Shown here piece by piece: positions 38,601-47,809 of a stretch of DNA of 64,000 nt. The stretch is from Abditibacterium sp. (GTDB lineage Bacteria > Armatimonadota > Abditibacteriia > Abditibacteriales > Abditibacteriaceae). Below the pieces are notes generated by a model, which saw only the letters and a list, made by a program, of their open reading frames with translations, searched no databases and had not been told where the DNA came from. The DNA is taken from assembly GCA_965246885.1 (NCBI GenBank), contig OZ251992.1, positions 2,880,001 through 2,944,000 of the forward strand, written 5' to 3'. The position numbers were made by a program, and so were the translations under genes. Position 1 is the stretch's first letter. Every line of letters begins with the position of its first letter.

Positions 38601-38812
38601 CGCGCCCCGTTATGCCGCATCGAGGCCAGCCAACGCGCAAGCGGCACCCGTTGGGCGGAAGAGGAGCGCACCGCATCGCCCCATTCAAGCGCGATCTCGA
38701 CCGGAGAGGGCGCCATCTCCATGCGCGCGCGGCCCACCAGCGACAGCGCGGATAACACAACGCCCAGCACTACCAACACCCAAGGAAAGAAGAACCGCGA
38801 AAAAATGCGCAC
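35693..38812 (-). CDS. DUF5693-like membrane protein fused to a phosphodiester glycosidase (NAGPA)-like domain
   Basis: RAARERNVR, RPRTKEF..HP, GQISVVNSF; C-terminal NAGFF...ARTSAG...GWTL..V...LG...A.GFDGG. Confidence 0.7.
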   Translation of the reverse strand: MRIFSRFFFPWVLVVLGVVLSALSLVGRARMEMAPSPVEIALEWGDAVRSSSAQRVPLARWLASMRHNGARGITLDVQTVRDLAEDGRLTLWSRAGAAPFFPQVAHLPAAYCFVISCPDAALFKRVRASLNEGTGEFAPVPLGTDTLAVVRSNLALQTWPVGLDPLALREVRGAGMEPLARLGDWVGLTPARLDAVLRAAKHDGARIIVAGDPAPGNATLLPEFARLLRKNRLSLAWVEGEPTRGTPVVARESRGFVVRTHVVSSLDTLRLEPGEMVDRFARAARERNVRLYLVRLPRQLSGEADADGRFGRDSWAQQRDFVAALAGETRENRWRVLGRPTLPVGLAKRFGVGNRSEKKAGQARFGAGIAVVGASLLLVGLFVPLSGRAVRDGTLFGLALVAVLHPFAGFGAQVLALGASLTFPILALAWSGLGRRGGIRMAGFALLRATAISLAGGLVVAATLDDWTYWSKVADFWGTKAAAVGPVAGVLLLLLGEFWPGANPRRCWIRARRRAKALGRRAFPLRDIGLAALAGGVVALWLARSGNDSGVAVSALEWKFRALLETLFVARPRTKEFSLCHPALVMGALLLPTRRRHLAWPLLALGAIGQISVVNSFAQANNPLYIATWRSLLALLLGGALGLLLAWASAPRLGLARVQGARRPFWTPATRRLVWGAAALVLALMGGRWFTLKRRYAALVAPSQGTVWPWPNARPETLRRGVTHRMTVLDDGTTLDLLRFDWKANPRLRLGLWDADVESSPDRMHPRNRFAYWQNGFASQAGGMNARGELVACWNAGFFGLLNRKPRTADRAFHLSPIVSGGRAYYSGRTHRWTWGAKMGAAGPTFKLEHEPPFANLARDFDCATGTLQGLITDGHPLALRPYPWFGETPQAPPIPSTPEEAGHIPMLDWMHTARTSAGWDDAGHLWVLVVKEPDGEAPSRELVRRRERGRGGWTLADVQRFWLALGVPDAVGFDGGDVAQAAWRRADGSFEVLAPRLTLPPKQSATLRLRSDSTFQTPAVRALHGSALSFFWVREVRG

Positions 38813-38921
38813 AACGAGATGTTGATGTTACCAATTTTTCGCCGCTCCCCATCGGAATTGCGCCAACTTCTGTATTTGTAACCCCGTTTGGCACGAATAC
38901 GGCACACTTGGAGGGCGCACC

Positions 38922-39605
38922 ATGAAACACGCACTCATTACCGGCGCCTATCGCGGCATCGGGCTGGAAGCGGCCCGACAAATTGGCAAAGCGGGCTTTC
39001 ATGTTTTCGTCGCCGCTCGCCACGACGACCGGGGTGAAGAAGCCGCGCGGCTCTTGCGCGGCGAGGGATTAAGCGCGAGTTTCGTGCGGCTCGACGTGAC
39101 CGACGAAAGCTCCATCGCTGCTGCCGTCACCCATGTCAACGGGCACACCAACGCACTCGATGTCCTCGTCAACAACGCCGCCGTTTTTCCGCGCGGCGAC
39201 TGGAACATCACCAACTTACCCGCGTCCGTTTTGCGCGACGCCTTGGAAACCAACGCCATCGGCCCGCTTTTAGTGACGCAAGCGTTTTGGCCGATGCTTT
39301 TAAAGTCGGACTCGCCGCGCGTGGTAAATGTGTCGAGTTCCGCCGGAAGGTTGTATGACATGGGCGCCGAAATGCCCTCATACGGGCCAACGAAAACGCT
39401 GCTCAACGCCGTGACCCGCCAGTTTGCGGGCGTGGGGAAGGTCAGCGTCAATGCCATCTGTCCGGGCTGGGTAGCCACAGAAATGGGTGGAGCCAATGCC
39501 CCGCGAAACGTCGAACAAGGGGCGGCCATCATCACCCGTTTGGCGACGACCGACGCCCCGCCCAACGGCAAATTCCTCAACGACGACGGGGAAATCGGCT
39601 GGTAG
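38922..39605 (+). CDS. SDR-family oxidoreductase
   Basis: TGAYRGIG, NNAA, YGPTK, CPGWVATEMGG. Confidence 0.92.
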   Translation: MKHALITGAYRGIGLEAARQIGKAGFHVFVAARHDDRGEEAARLLRGEGLSASFVRLDVTDESSIAAAVTHVNGHTNALDVLVNNAAVFPRGDWNITNLPASVLRDALETNAIGPLLVTQAFWPMLLKSDSPRVVNVSSSAGRLYDMGAEMPSYGPTKTLLNAVTRQFAGVGKVSVNAICPGWVATEMGGANAPRNVEQGAAIITRLATTDAPPNGKFLNDDGEIGW

Positions 39606-39632
39606 CACAGCCCTGACAACGCAAGGACAACC

Positions 39633-40598
39633 ATGCAATTCATTCAAGTAGACCAATTCGGCGGCCCAGAGCAACTCGTGTTGCACGACGGCGCCACGCC
39701 CGCGCCGGAAGCGGGACAACTGCTCATCGAAAACCGCGCGAGCGGCATCAACTTCGCCGACCTCATGGCCCGTTCGGGCCACTACCCGATGGTATCAAGT
39801 GTGCCCTTTCGTCCCGGCTTTGAAGTCGCCGGAGTAGTCGCGGCACTGGGCGAAGGCGTGACGGGGTTCCAAGTCGGACAGCGCGTGATGGCGCTGGTGC
39901 AGGGTGGCGGCTACGCTTCGCACGCCGTTGTGGACGCGCAGTTGGCCGTTCCCCTGCCTGACTCGCTCGATTTCGCACCCGCGACGGCCTTACTTGTGCA
40001 AGGGTTGACCGCTTACTTTTTGCTCGAAACCGGCCAACTCCAGCCGGGCGGGAGCGTGCTGGTTCCAAGCGCGGCGGGCGGCGTCGGGTCGCTCGCGGTG
40101 CAAATCGCCAAGCTCAAGGGCGCGGGCAAAGTCATTGGCCTCGCGTCGCCGTCCAAGCATCAAAAAGTGCGCGATTACGGCGCCGATGCGGTCTTCGATT
40201 ACACCCAAGCTGGCTGGGCGAAGCAAGTGCGCGACGCAACTGACGGCAAGGGCGTGGACATCTATCTCGATTCGCAAGGCGACCCCGGCGGCGAAGGCGC
40301 GCACGCTCTTGGCAAGGGAGCATACTGGTTAGTGTTCGGCGGGCAATCGGGGGGCGGCGGGTCGTTGGATGCGCCGACTTTTATGCAACTCATCTTTAGC
40401 GGCGTCACGATTCGCGGTTACTCGATGTATGAGGACGTGGACAAAATCGGGCGCGCCTTGCCGGAACTGATTGGCTGGGCCGCGAGCGGGAAACTCAAAA
40501 TCGAAGCCGACGCCCGCTTCCCGCTCGCCGACGCCGCGCGCGCGCACGAAGCCATCGCCGCCCGTCAAACAAGCGGCAAGGTCGTCCTCGAACCGTAG
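39633..40598 (+). CDS. NADPH:quinone oxidoreductase (zeta-crystallin/MDR family)
   Basis: FGGPE.L, GINFAD, PGFEVAG, AAGGVG, TSGKVVL. Confidence 0.9.
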   Translation: MQFIQVDQFGGPEQLVLHDGATPAPEAGQLLIENRASGINFADLMARSGHYPMVSSVPFRPGFEVAGVVAALGEGVTGFQVGQRVMALVQGGGYASHAVVDAQLAVPLPDSLDFAPATALLVQGLTAYFLLETGQLQPGGSVLVPSAAGGVGSLAVQIAKLKGAGKVIGLASPSKHQKVRDYGADAVFDYTQAGWAKQVRDATDGKGVDIYLDSQGDPGGEGAHALGKGAYWLVFGGQSGGGGSLDAPTFMQLIFSGVTIRGYSMYEDVDKIGRALPELIGWAASGKLKIEADARFPLADAARAHEAIAARQTSGKVVLEP

Positions 40599-40632
40599 GG
40601 CGTGGACGGAAGAATTAAGTGAATAATTCCTC

Positions 40633-40776
40633 GGTGCGTACAATTCTTCCGGCGGTGCGTATAATTCTTCCGCTTACCGGGTAAATTCTTCCGGCGGCGC
40701 GTACAATTCTTCCGCTCGCCCATGTAACTCAAGGGCGCTTTAGCTAATTCTTTCGGTGGCGCGTGCAATTCTGCGG
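40633..40776. repeat. Intergenic degenerate 21-bp tandem repeat (~7 units)
   Basis: AAYTC anchors at 40642, 40663, 40684, 40705, 40726, 40746, 40767; unit is approximately AATTCTTCCGGCGGYGCGTAC. Confidence 0.9.
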
Positions 40777-40882
40777 TTGCCGCGCTTGTGTGAGCGAGCG
40801 GCAGAAGCAATTTTTCTGTTGCGCTTTTCGTGGCGAAGAAGCGGGGCGGCTGGCCCCCGAATCGCGCGTGTTGGAGCAAATC

Positions 40883-41602
40883 ATGGCAAAGACAGCATTT
40901 ATCACCGGCGCCAATCGCGGCCTCGGATTGGAAACGGCGCGGCAACTGGCGCGCGATCACGGCTTCTCGGTGTGGTTGGGCGCGCGCGACAAGGGCAGGG
41001 GCTTGGCGGCGCAGGAGGAATTACGCGGCGAAGGGTTGGACGCGCATTTCGTGCGACACGATGTAACGGATGAAGCCTCGTCGCTGGCCGCCGCTCAGAC
41101 CATAGCCGAGCAAGTTGGAAAGTTGGACGTCCTCGTTAACAACGCGGGCATCATGTTGGAGCACTCGTTCCAAGTGGGTGGAGTTCCGGGAAGCGACTGG
41201 AAAAAGACCTTCGACGTCAACTTTTTCGGTGTCGTGGACACGACCAATGCGTTTCTGCCGCTTTTGGAGCAATCCGACGCACCGCGTATCGTGAACCTGT
41301 CGGCAATTCTGGGGTCGCTGACGGAAATTTCCAAGCCGACGATGAAGCAGTGGATTCGCGCCAGTTACTCGGCCTCCAAAGCTGCGCTCAACGCTTATAC
41401 CGTCTCGCTCGCTCAGGAGCACGCGGGTTCCAAGTGGAAAATCAACGCGGCACATCCCGGCTGGGCCAAGACCGAGTTGGGTGGCCCACAAGCGCTCATG
41501 ACGCCCGCGCAGGGCGTGAAGACCGTCGTCCAACTGGCGACACTGGCGGAAGACGGGCCAAATGGCGGCTTCTTCCACGTTGGCAAAACCATCAACTGGT
41601 AG
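40883..41602 (+). CDS. SDR-family oxidoreductase, paralog of 26831..27556
   Basis: TGANRGLG, ETARQLARDHGF, YSASK, HPGW.KTE. Confidence 0.92.
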   Translation: MAKTAFITGANRGLGLETARQLARDHGFSVWLGARDKGRGLAAQEELRGEGLDAHFVRHDVTDEASSLAAAQTIAEQVGKLDVLVNNAGIMLEHSFQVGGVPGSDWKKTFDVNFFGVVDTTNAFLPLLEQSDAPRIVNLSAILGSLTEISKPTMKQWIRASYSASKAALNAYTVSLAQEHAGSKWKINAAHPGWAKTELGGPQALMTPAQGVKTVVQLATLAEDGPNGGFFHVGKTINW

Positions 41603-41609
41603 CACTCAA

Positions 41610-42266
41610 ATGTCAAACACAATTCAACCGACACTTACGGGCGAGCAACTGTTGTCCGTCCTCCACAGCCGCTACGCGACCAAAAAGTTCGACTCGTCCC
41701 GCCCCATAGAGGGGTCGCTGTGGGACACAATCGAGCAGGCGTTGCTGCTATCTCCCTCGTCGTACGGCTTGCAGCCTTGGAAGTTCGTCGTGGTTACCGA
41801 CCCCGCTCTCAGGGAGCAGTTGGCGCCGCACGCGTGGAATCAGCCGCAAATCACGACTTGCTCGCACTTGGTGGTGCTGTGCGCGCGCCGCGAACTGGGC
41901 GGCGACGATGTCGAGAAACTGATGACGGCGACGGCCCAAACGCGCGGCATCGGCGCCAGCGACCTGCACGGCTACGCTTCGATGATTGGCTCATCCATCT
42001 CGAACCTGTCGCCGGAAGATTTGCTGAACTGGAACAAGCGCCAAGTGTATGTCGCGCTTGAACAACTCCTCCTGTCGTGCGCCCTCTTAGGCGTGGACGC
42101 ATGCCCGATGGAAGGGTTCGTCGGCGCGAAGTTCGACGAGATACTGGGGCTGACAGACGTCACCGCCACAGTTCTGGCGACGGCGGGTTATCGCGCGCCA
42201 GATGACAAATACGCCGACTTCGCCAAAGTCCGTTATGCCAAAGAGGAGCTAATCGAGCGGCGCTAA
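41610..42266 (+). CDS. Nitroreductase (NfsB-like)
   Basis: RYATKKFD, SPSSYGLQPW, CPMEGF, KVR. Confidence 0.92.
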   Translation: MSNTIQPTLTGEQLLSVLHSRYATKKFDSSRPIEGSLWDTIEQALLLSPSSYGLQPWKFVVVTDPALREQLAPHAWNQPQITTCSHLVVLCARRELGGDDVEKLMTATAQTRGIGASDLHGYASMIGSSISNLSPEDLLNWNKRQVYVALEQLLLSCALLGVDACPMEGFVGAKFDEILGLTDVTATVLATAGYRAPDDKYADFAKVRYAKEELIERR

Positions 42267-42286
42267 GCCCGTCACCGTTGTTTTCC

Positions 42287-43771
42287 ATGTCCGCGCCGCC
42301 GATTTCGTCGCCCCATTCCACGCAACCCGTCCGCTCGGAACCCAATCGCTGGATAGCCTTTGCCGTCATTTTGTCGGCGACGCTGCTCGGCGTGCTCGAC
42401 TTTCTGATCGTCAACCTTGCGCTGCCGTCCATCAAGGCGACGACGGGCACGAGCGACGCCAAAGTGCAACTGACGGTTGCGGCGTATGGTCTCGCTTTCG
42501 CGGTGTGCCTGATTACCGGCGGGCGGTTGGGCGACATTTATGGGCGCAAGCTGATCTTTCAGGTTGGTATGGGCGGGTTCACGCTCGCGTCGGCGCTGTG
42601 CGGTTTCGCGCGGTCGGGCGAGGAGTTGATTGTGTTCCGCGTGGTGCAAGGCGCGTTCGCGGCGCTGATGTCGCCTCAGGTGCTGGCGACGATTCAGGTG
42701 ATGTTCGTGGGCGAGGAGCGCGACCGCGCGACGTCTTATGTGGGCGTGACAGTTGGGATAGGATCGCTGTTGGGAAACGTGTTGGGCGGCTGGCTGGTGT
42801 CGGCAAACTTGTTCGGCTTGGGGTGGCGCCCGATTTTCTTCGTGAATGTTCCCATCGGAATCACCGCACTGGTGCTGAGCGGGATTTACTTGCGCGAGTC
42901 GCGTTCGCAAACGGCGCCCAAGTTGGACATCGTCGGCGCGCTTCTGTTGGGGGTGGCGCTGTTCGGGCTGATTTTCCCGATTTCCGAGGGGCGCGAGCGC
43001 GGCTTTCCGGCGTGGACGTGGGAGATGATGGGGGCGGCGCTGGCAGTTGGGGTGGCTTGGTTCTTCTACGAGAAGAACCTCGCAGACGAAGGCGGTTATC
43101 CCCTCGTTCCAATGGAGCTTTTCGAGGCCAAAGGGTATGGACGCGGCCTGCTTTCGATACTGCTGCTCTTTTCCGGTCTAAGCTCCACCTCGTTCGTGAT
43201 TGGCCAATTTTTGCAGCGCGGGTTGGGCTTGGCGCCCAAGAACGCGGGGCTTGTGTTCGGGGCGCTGTCGCTGTCGTTTTTGGTGTCGTCGTTGGGGAGC
43301 GCGAAATTAGTGGCGCGCATCGGGACGAAGACGCTTCTGCTTGGGCTGACGCTACTTCAAGCGGGGCAAGTGCTGCTGATTGGCGCGACACTCCTCTTTC
43401 GCGGGCACTTGCATGCGGCTTGGCTGGTGCCGATTTTGTTCGTGTACGGTTTGGGACAAGGGTTGTGCGTGCCACAGATTATCCGTCAAACGATGAATAC
43501 TGTTGGCACTCAGAACGCGGGCGCGGCGTCGGGTGTGCTTTCGACGGCGCAGCAGATCGCGTTTTCTCTGGGAGTATCGGTGGTCGGAGGCGTTTTCTTT
43601 GCGCTTGGCGACCCGCACGCGCACGGCAACCCGGACACGTGGGCGCTGGGAACGGGGGCGGCCTTCGCGTGTAACTTCGCTTTTGTGCTTCTGGCAAGGC
43701 TGCTGGTGGCGCGCAATTTAAAAACTGCCGATTTTCTACAAAAGAGCGGCGCAATGCCCTTGGAAGCGTGA
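42287..43771 (+). CDS. MFS drug-efflux transporter (DHA2-like)
   Basis: LDFLIVNLALPSI, TGGRLGDIYGRK, GWRPIFFVNVPIG. Confidence 0.92.
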   Translation: MSAPPISSPHSTQPVRSEPNRWIAFAVILSATLLGVLDFLIVNLALPSIKATTGTSDAKVQLTVAAYGLAFAVCLITGGRLGDIYGRKLIFQVGMGGFTLASALCGFARSGEELIVFRVVQGAFAALMSPQVLATIQVMFVGEERDRATSYVGVTVGIGSLLGNVLGGWLVSANLFGLGWRPIFFVNVPIGITALVLSGIYLRESRSQTAPKLDIVGALLLGVALFGLIFPISEGRERGFPAWTWEMMGAALAVGVAWFFYEKNLADEGGYPLVPMELFEAKGYGRGLLSILLLFSGLSSTSFVIGQFLQRGLGLAPKNAGLVFGALSLSFLVSSLGSAKLVARIGTKTLLLGLTLLQAGQVLLIGATLLFRGHLHAAWLVPILFVYGLGQGLCVPQIIRQTMNTVGTQNAGAASGVLSTAQQIAFSLGVSVVGGVFFALGDPHAHGNPDTWALGTGAAFACNFAFVLLARLLVARNLKTADFLQKSGAMPLEA

Positions 43772-43783
43772 AACTAAGAGCAG

Positions 43784-44560
43784 ATGGATAACGGAAACGG
43801 AAGTTCTGCCGAGCAGTTCTCGGCCTTGGCGCCCCATTACGACGAACTGATGGAAGTCGTGCCCTACAATGCGTGGGCCGACTACGTGTTTTTGCTGTTC
43901 CAGATCGTGCAGCATGTCCCGATCAAGTGTCTGGACTGCGCGTGCGGCACCGGGAACCTGACCTTTGAACTGGCTAAATCCAGCCTCGAAGTCGTGGGCG
44001 TGGACATCGCGCCGCGCATGATCGAGGTCGCGCGCAAGAAGGCGGTCTACTCGCCCTTTAAGGCGCGCGTGCGCTTCGAGGAGGCCGACCTTTCCAACTT
44101 TGACTTGGACGAGAAGTTCGATTGCGCGACCTGTCTGTACGATTCGCTCAACTACATTCTGGAGCCGGAGAAGCTCCGCGCAGCTTTTGCCAACATCGCG
44201 CGCCATGTCGAGGTGGACGGCATTTTTGTCTTCGACCTCAACACGCCGTATGCGCTCACGCAAAATCTTTTCACGCAGTCGAACCGCGATCCGCGCAAGC
44301 GCCTTCACTATAACTGGGAAGCCAAGTTCGATCCGCGCACCCGCATCACAAGCGTGCAAATGGACTTCTCGCGTCAGCTTTCGCCCGGCAAGACGGAGCA
44401 GTTCCACGAAGTGCACCGCGAGCGCGCCTACGGAGCGTTGGAAATCCGCGCCATGCTGGAAGCGACCGGCTGGGAAGTGGAGCGGCTGTATGATGCCTAT
44501 ACCATCAACCCTCCGACCGCGCAAAGCGAGCGCTGGTTTTTTGTGGCGCGGCGGGTATAA
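43784..44560 (+). CDS. Class I SAM-dependent methyltransferase
   Basis: LDCACGTG, DSLNY, FVFDLNT, EVHRERAY. Confidence 0.9.
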   Translation: MDNGNGSSAEQFSALAPHYDELMEVVPYNAWADYVFLLFQIVQHVPIKCLDCACGTGNLTFELAKSSLEVVGVDIAPRMIEVARKKAVYSPFKARVRFEEADLSNFDLDEKFDCATCLYDSLNYILEPEKLRAAFANIARHVEVDGIFVFDLNTPYALTQNLFTQSNRDPRKRLHYNWEAKFDPRTRITSVQMDFSRQLSPGKTEQFHEVHRERAYGALEIRAMLEATGWEVERLYDAYTINPPTAQSERWFFVARRV

Positions 44561-44578
44561 CTGGCGCCTGTAGCCCTC

Positions 44579-45805
44579 ATGTCTCGCCTCGCCCATTACC
44601 TTCAGCACCTTCAGCGATTCGGCATTGCGCCCGGACTGGAACGGATTCGCGCGCTACTCGAAGCGGTCAGCAACCCGCACCAGTCGTATCCGCACATCCT
44701 CGTCGGCGGCACCAATGGCAAAGGCTCGACGTGCGAATTTGCCGCGCGATTGTTGGCAGCGGGCGGGCGGCGCATCGGGCTGTATACGTCGCCGCACTTG
44801 TATGAATGGAACGAGCGCATCCGCATCTTGCCGGGAGAGGGCCTGTTCGAGGGCGCCATCGCGGACGCCGATTTGGACGCGCTCTTCGACGACGGACTGC
44901 CCCACATCGAAGCCGTCGCCGCCCGCTTGGGCCAGCCAACGGAGTTCGAGGTTCTCACCTTCTTGGGTCTGTGGCACTTCGCCCGCATGGGCGTGGACGC
45001 GGCGGTCATCGAGGTCGGGTTGGGCGGCAAGTGGGACGCGACCAACGCGAGCGACCCGCTCGTTTCGGTCGTCACCCACGTCGCCCTCGACCACATGGAC
45101 AGGCTGGGCGACACGTTGGAGAAAATCGCGGCGGACAAGGTCTGCATCGCCCGCGCAGGCCGCCCGTTCGTGACGGGCGAGTGGAAGCCGGAGGTGCTGG
45201 CGGTTTTGCGGGTGTACTGCGCGAGTATCGGAGCGCCGTTTAATCATGTGGCGCCGTCCGGCACCCTGCGGAAGTTGGGGAAGAAGCTGGACTTTCAAGC
45301 GTTCAACTATGGAGTGGCATGGGAAGCAACGGAGCAACTCTGTGGACAATTGGGCTGGGTAGCGCCTGAATGGGAATACGGGATACACCACGTTCCGGGG
45401 CGCATGGAAGTTATGGCCGAAAACCCCCGCGTCATCATAGATGGCGCCAACAACCCCGATGGCGCCGATAGTGTGGCGTTAGCACTTCTCCTTAAGCCGG
45501 ACAAGCAGCCCGAAAACCTCCTCCTCGTCCTCGGCATTCTCGCCGATAAGAACTGGCGGGAAATGACGGAGATTCTGGCGCCGCTCGCGCGCACGGTTAT
45601 CTGCTGCCAGTCCGATTCGCCGCGCGCCTTGCCCGCCGAGGAGTTGGCGGCTTTCGCGCGCACGCTTCACCCGCACGTCGAGGTGGCGGCGAGTGTCAAA
45701 CTGGCGCTCGAACGCGCGCGGCAGTTGGCGGGGGCGGAAGACACGATATTAGTGACGGGTTCGTTTACGACCATCGCCGAAGTGCCGCGCGGGGACACAC
45801 CATGA
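44579..45805 (+). CDS. folC: Folylpolyglutamate/dihydrofolate synthase
   Basis: GTNGKGST, YTSPHL, EVGLGG.WDATN, PGRME, DGANN, TGSF. Confidence 0.93.
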   Translation: MSRLAHYLQHLQRFGIAPGLERIRALLEAVSNPHQSYPHILVGGTNGKGSTCEFAARLLAAGGRRIGLYTSPHLYEWNERIRILPGEGLFEGAIADADLDALFDDGLPHIEAVAARLGQPTEFEVLTFLGLWHFARMGVDAAVIEVGLGGKWDATNASDPLVSVVTHVALDHMDRLGDTLEKIAADKVCIARAGRPFVTGEWKPEVLAVLRVYCASIGAPFNHVAPSGTLRKLGKKLDFQAFNYGVAWEATEQLCGQLGWVAPEWEYGIHHVPGRMEVMAENPRVIIDGANNPDGADSVALALLLKPDKQPENLLLVLGILADKNWREMTEILAPLARTVICCQSDSPRALPAEELAAFARTLHPHVEVAASVKLALERARQLAGAEDTILVTGSFTTIAEVPRGDTP

Positions 45806-46563
45806 AAATTCGCATCTTTCTCGCTCTCCTCGGCGCCTTTACTCTGAGCGCGCCCGCCTTCGCGCAGCGCGGCGAGGGGCCGACCGACGACTACAAGAAA
45901 TCGTGGGCGGGCGTGGCGACGCTCAAGACGCTCACCAAGACAGAAGCGACGCGCGAACTGTCGGCGGTGTATCCCATCTTCGGCGGCTCGCGGCCCGTCG
46001 CACAGGTAGCGGGGCTGGTCTTGAAGCAAGACGCGGTGCGCGGCTTCAACGGCTTCGAGAAGGAGTCGCGCGGCACCGCCGAGCAGTTGGGCATCCGCAC
46101 GCCGGAGATGAAATACGACTTTGAGTTGACGCCCACGCTCATCTTGAATCGCCCGCGCCTGATTGCCGTCACGTCGCTGTTCTATCAATACATGGCGGGC
46201 GCGCATGGCATCTATGGCACGACGGGGTTTGTCTTCGGGTATCCGGCGGGCGCCGCGCGCCCTCGCCAGTTGCACTTCGCCGACTTTTTCACGGACGGCA
46301 CCCGCTCGCGCGCCCGCGTGGGCCGCCTGCTGATGCACAAACTGCGCGCGACGGCGGGCACGGACGCCGAGGCGAGTTGGACGCTCGATGGTACCGTCAA
46401 AGCCGTCACGCCCGACCAGATGGAGAACTTCGTGGCGGAGAAAGACGGCCTGACGTGGTTCTTCGCGCCGTATGCGATGGGGCCGTATTCGTCGGGCGAG
46501 TTCGAGATCAAGCTGACAGCAAGGGAGTTGGGGCCGCGCTTTCGCGCGGCGTTGCTCAAGTAG
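45802..46563 (+). CDS. Secreted RsiV/DUF3298-like protein
   Basis: Signal peptide (AFA-Q); AGAHG, LTWFF.PY..GPYSSG. Confidence 0.75.
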   Translation: MKIRIFLALLGAFTLSAPAFAQRGEGPTDDYKKSWAGVATLKTLTKTEATRELSAVYPIFGGSRPVAQVAGLVLKQDAVRGFNGFEKESRGTAEQLGIRTPEMKYDFELTPTLILNRPRLIAVTSLFYQYMAGAHGIYGTTGFVFGYPAGAARPRQLHFADFFTDGTRSRARVGRLLMHKLRATAGTDAEASWTLDGTVKAVTPDQMENFVAEKDGLTWFFAPYAMGPYSSGEFEIKLTARELGPRFRAALLK

Positions 46564-46568
46564 CAAAG

Positions 46569-46667
46569 CTAAAGTCGCAGCCAGCGAGAGCGTCGGCCTT
46601 CGCCGACGTAGTAATTGGAGCACCGTCGGCGAAGGCCGACGCTCTCGCTGGTTGCGACTTTAGTCGC
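46569..46667. repeat. REP/MITE-like long inverted repeat between convergent genes
   Basis: 40-bp arms at 46569-46608 and 46624-46663 with one mismatch; each arm has an internal hairpin CGTCGGC-CTTC-GCCGACG; terminal GCGACTTTAGTCGC. Confidence 0.85.
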
Positions 46668-47616
46668 TTTGCTTTCCTTCAATCCGCCGCTTTTCGCCCT
46701 CGATCCAGCGCGCGTGGCGCTCGCGTTGGTGGGCGACTTCCTCGTGGAACGGCTCGGTATGCACCATGATGTCGAGGTTTGGCAAGGCGTCGCGCAGGGC
46801 GTCCTCGACTTCCTCGCCGATGCGATGCGCGTCGGGGAAGGAGAGTTCGTCGTCGAGCAGGATGTGCACGTCGGCCATCTTCATGCTTCCGGCTTGGCGC
46901 GTGCGCAAGCGGTGAAAGCCCAAAACGCGCGGGTCGCGCTGAAGCACCTCGCGGATGCACGCTTCCTCGCCATCGGGAAGCGACTCGTCCACAAGCGGGC
47001 GAATCACGTCGCGCAGCAAGTGCAGCGCGTTGGCAAGAGCAAAAGTTGTCATTCCCGCCGCGAAGAGAGGGTCAAGGCGCGCTTCGTTAAACGCGTGCGT
47101 GGCGACGAGGCCCAAAAGCACGCCCAAACACGCCCACAAATCGCCGCGCAGATGTACCGCTTCGGCAGCCAGAGCCGTCGAGTCGAACTTTTTCGCCACG
47201 CGCGCCACGCGAAACGACACCGCCAAGTTGACCATGCCCGACAGCGAAATGGCGGCGATGCCCCAGTCCACTTGCGGCATATGGGGATGCAGAAAGCGCC
47301 AGCAACTCGCCGCCCAAATGCCCCCAATCGAAGCGAAGATAAGCGTCATCTGCCCCAAGGACACCACGTTCTCGAACTTGCCGTGCCCATAAGGATGTGC
47401 CGGATCGGGCGGCGCATTCGCCGCGCGCAGCGTCCACAAAATCGCCGCCGACGCGAAGATGTCGAGCAGCGACTGAATCCCCTCGGCCAGCACCGACAGC
47501 GAACCCGACCGCGCGCCCGCCGCGATTTTTATCGCCACGAGAAACACGTTCGCCCACAGCGACAGCTTGGCGACCGATTCCTGCTCCCACGTCGGGGACA
47601 CCGCACGCGCGTTCAT
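46660..47616 (-). CDS. Cation diffusion facilitator (FieF-like) transporter
   Basis: SLSVLAE..QS..D, PPD..HPYGHGKFE, HLRGD, FHRLRTR, VHTEP. Confidence 0.93.
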   Translation of the reverse strand: MNARAVSPTWEQESVAKLSLWANVFLVAIKIAAGARSGSLSVLAEGIQSLLDIFASAAILWTLRAANAPPDPAHPYGHGKFENVVSLGQMTLIFASIGGIWAASCWRFLHPHMPQVDWGIAAISLSGMVNLAVSFRVARVAKKFDSTALAAEAVHLRGDLWACLGVLLGLVATHAFNEARLDPLFAAGMTTFALANALHLLRDVIRPLVDESLPDGEEACIREVLQRDPRVLGFHRLRTRQAGSMKMADVHILLDDELSFPDAHRIGEEVEDALRDALPNLDIMVHTEPFHEEVAHQRERHARWIEGEKRRIEGKQSD

Positions 47617-47809
47617 GGAGGAGATTTTAACGCGGCGCGGAAATGTTCCCCGCTTCCACGCGGCAGACGTTCCGCACGCGACTTCGCGCGGACGTTCAAA
47701 CTAAGGGGGAACTTTAACGCTTATCATCCCCCGCGCTCGGTGCCGTAATTTAGAGGGTAAAGTTCGCGGAGGGAGAAAACGTTGCTACTTAAGCCTGAAA
47801 GCTGTTGTA

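Noticed and set aside
40565..40960. 131-aa minus-strand ORF with RKNCTxR heptads
   Set aside because: It overlaps sense genes at both ends and derives from the 21-bp array.
46615..47748. Long antisense ORFs such as this one, 60470..61924, 25076..26197 and 13454..14575
   Set aside because: Shadow ORFs opposite well-supported genes, expected in high-GC DNA.
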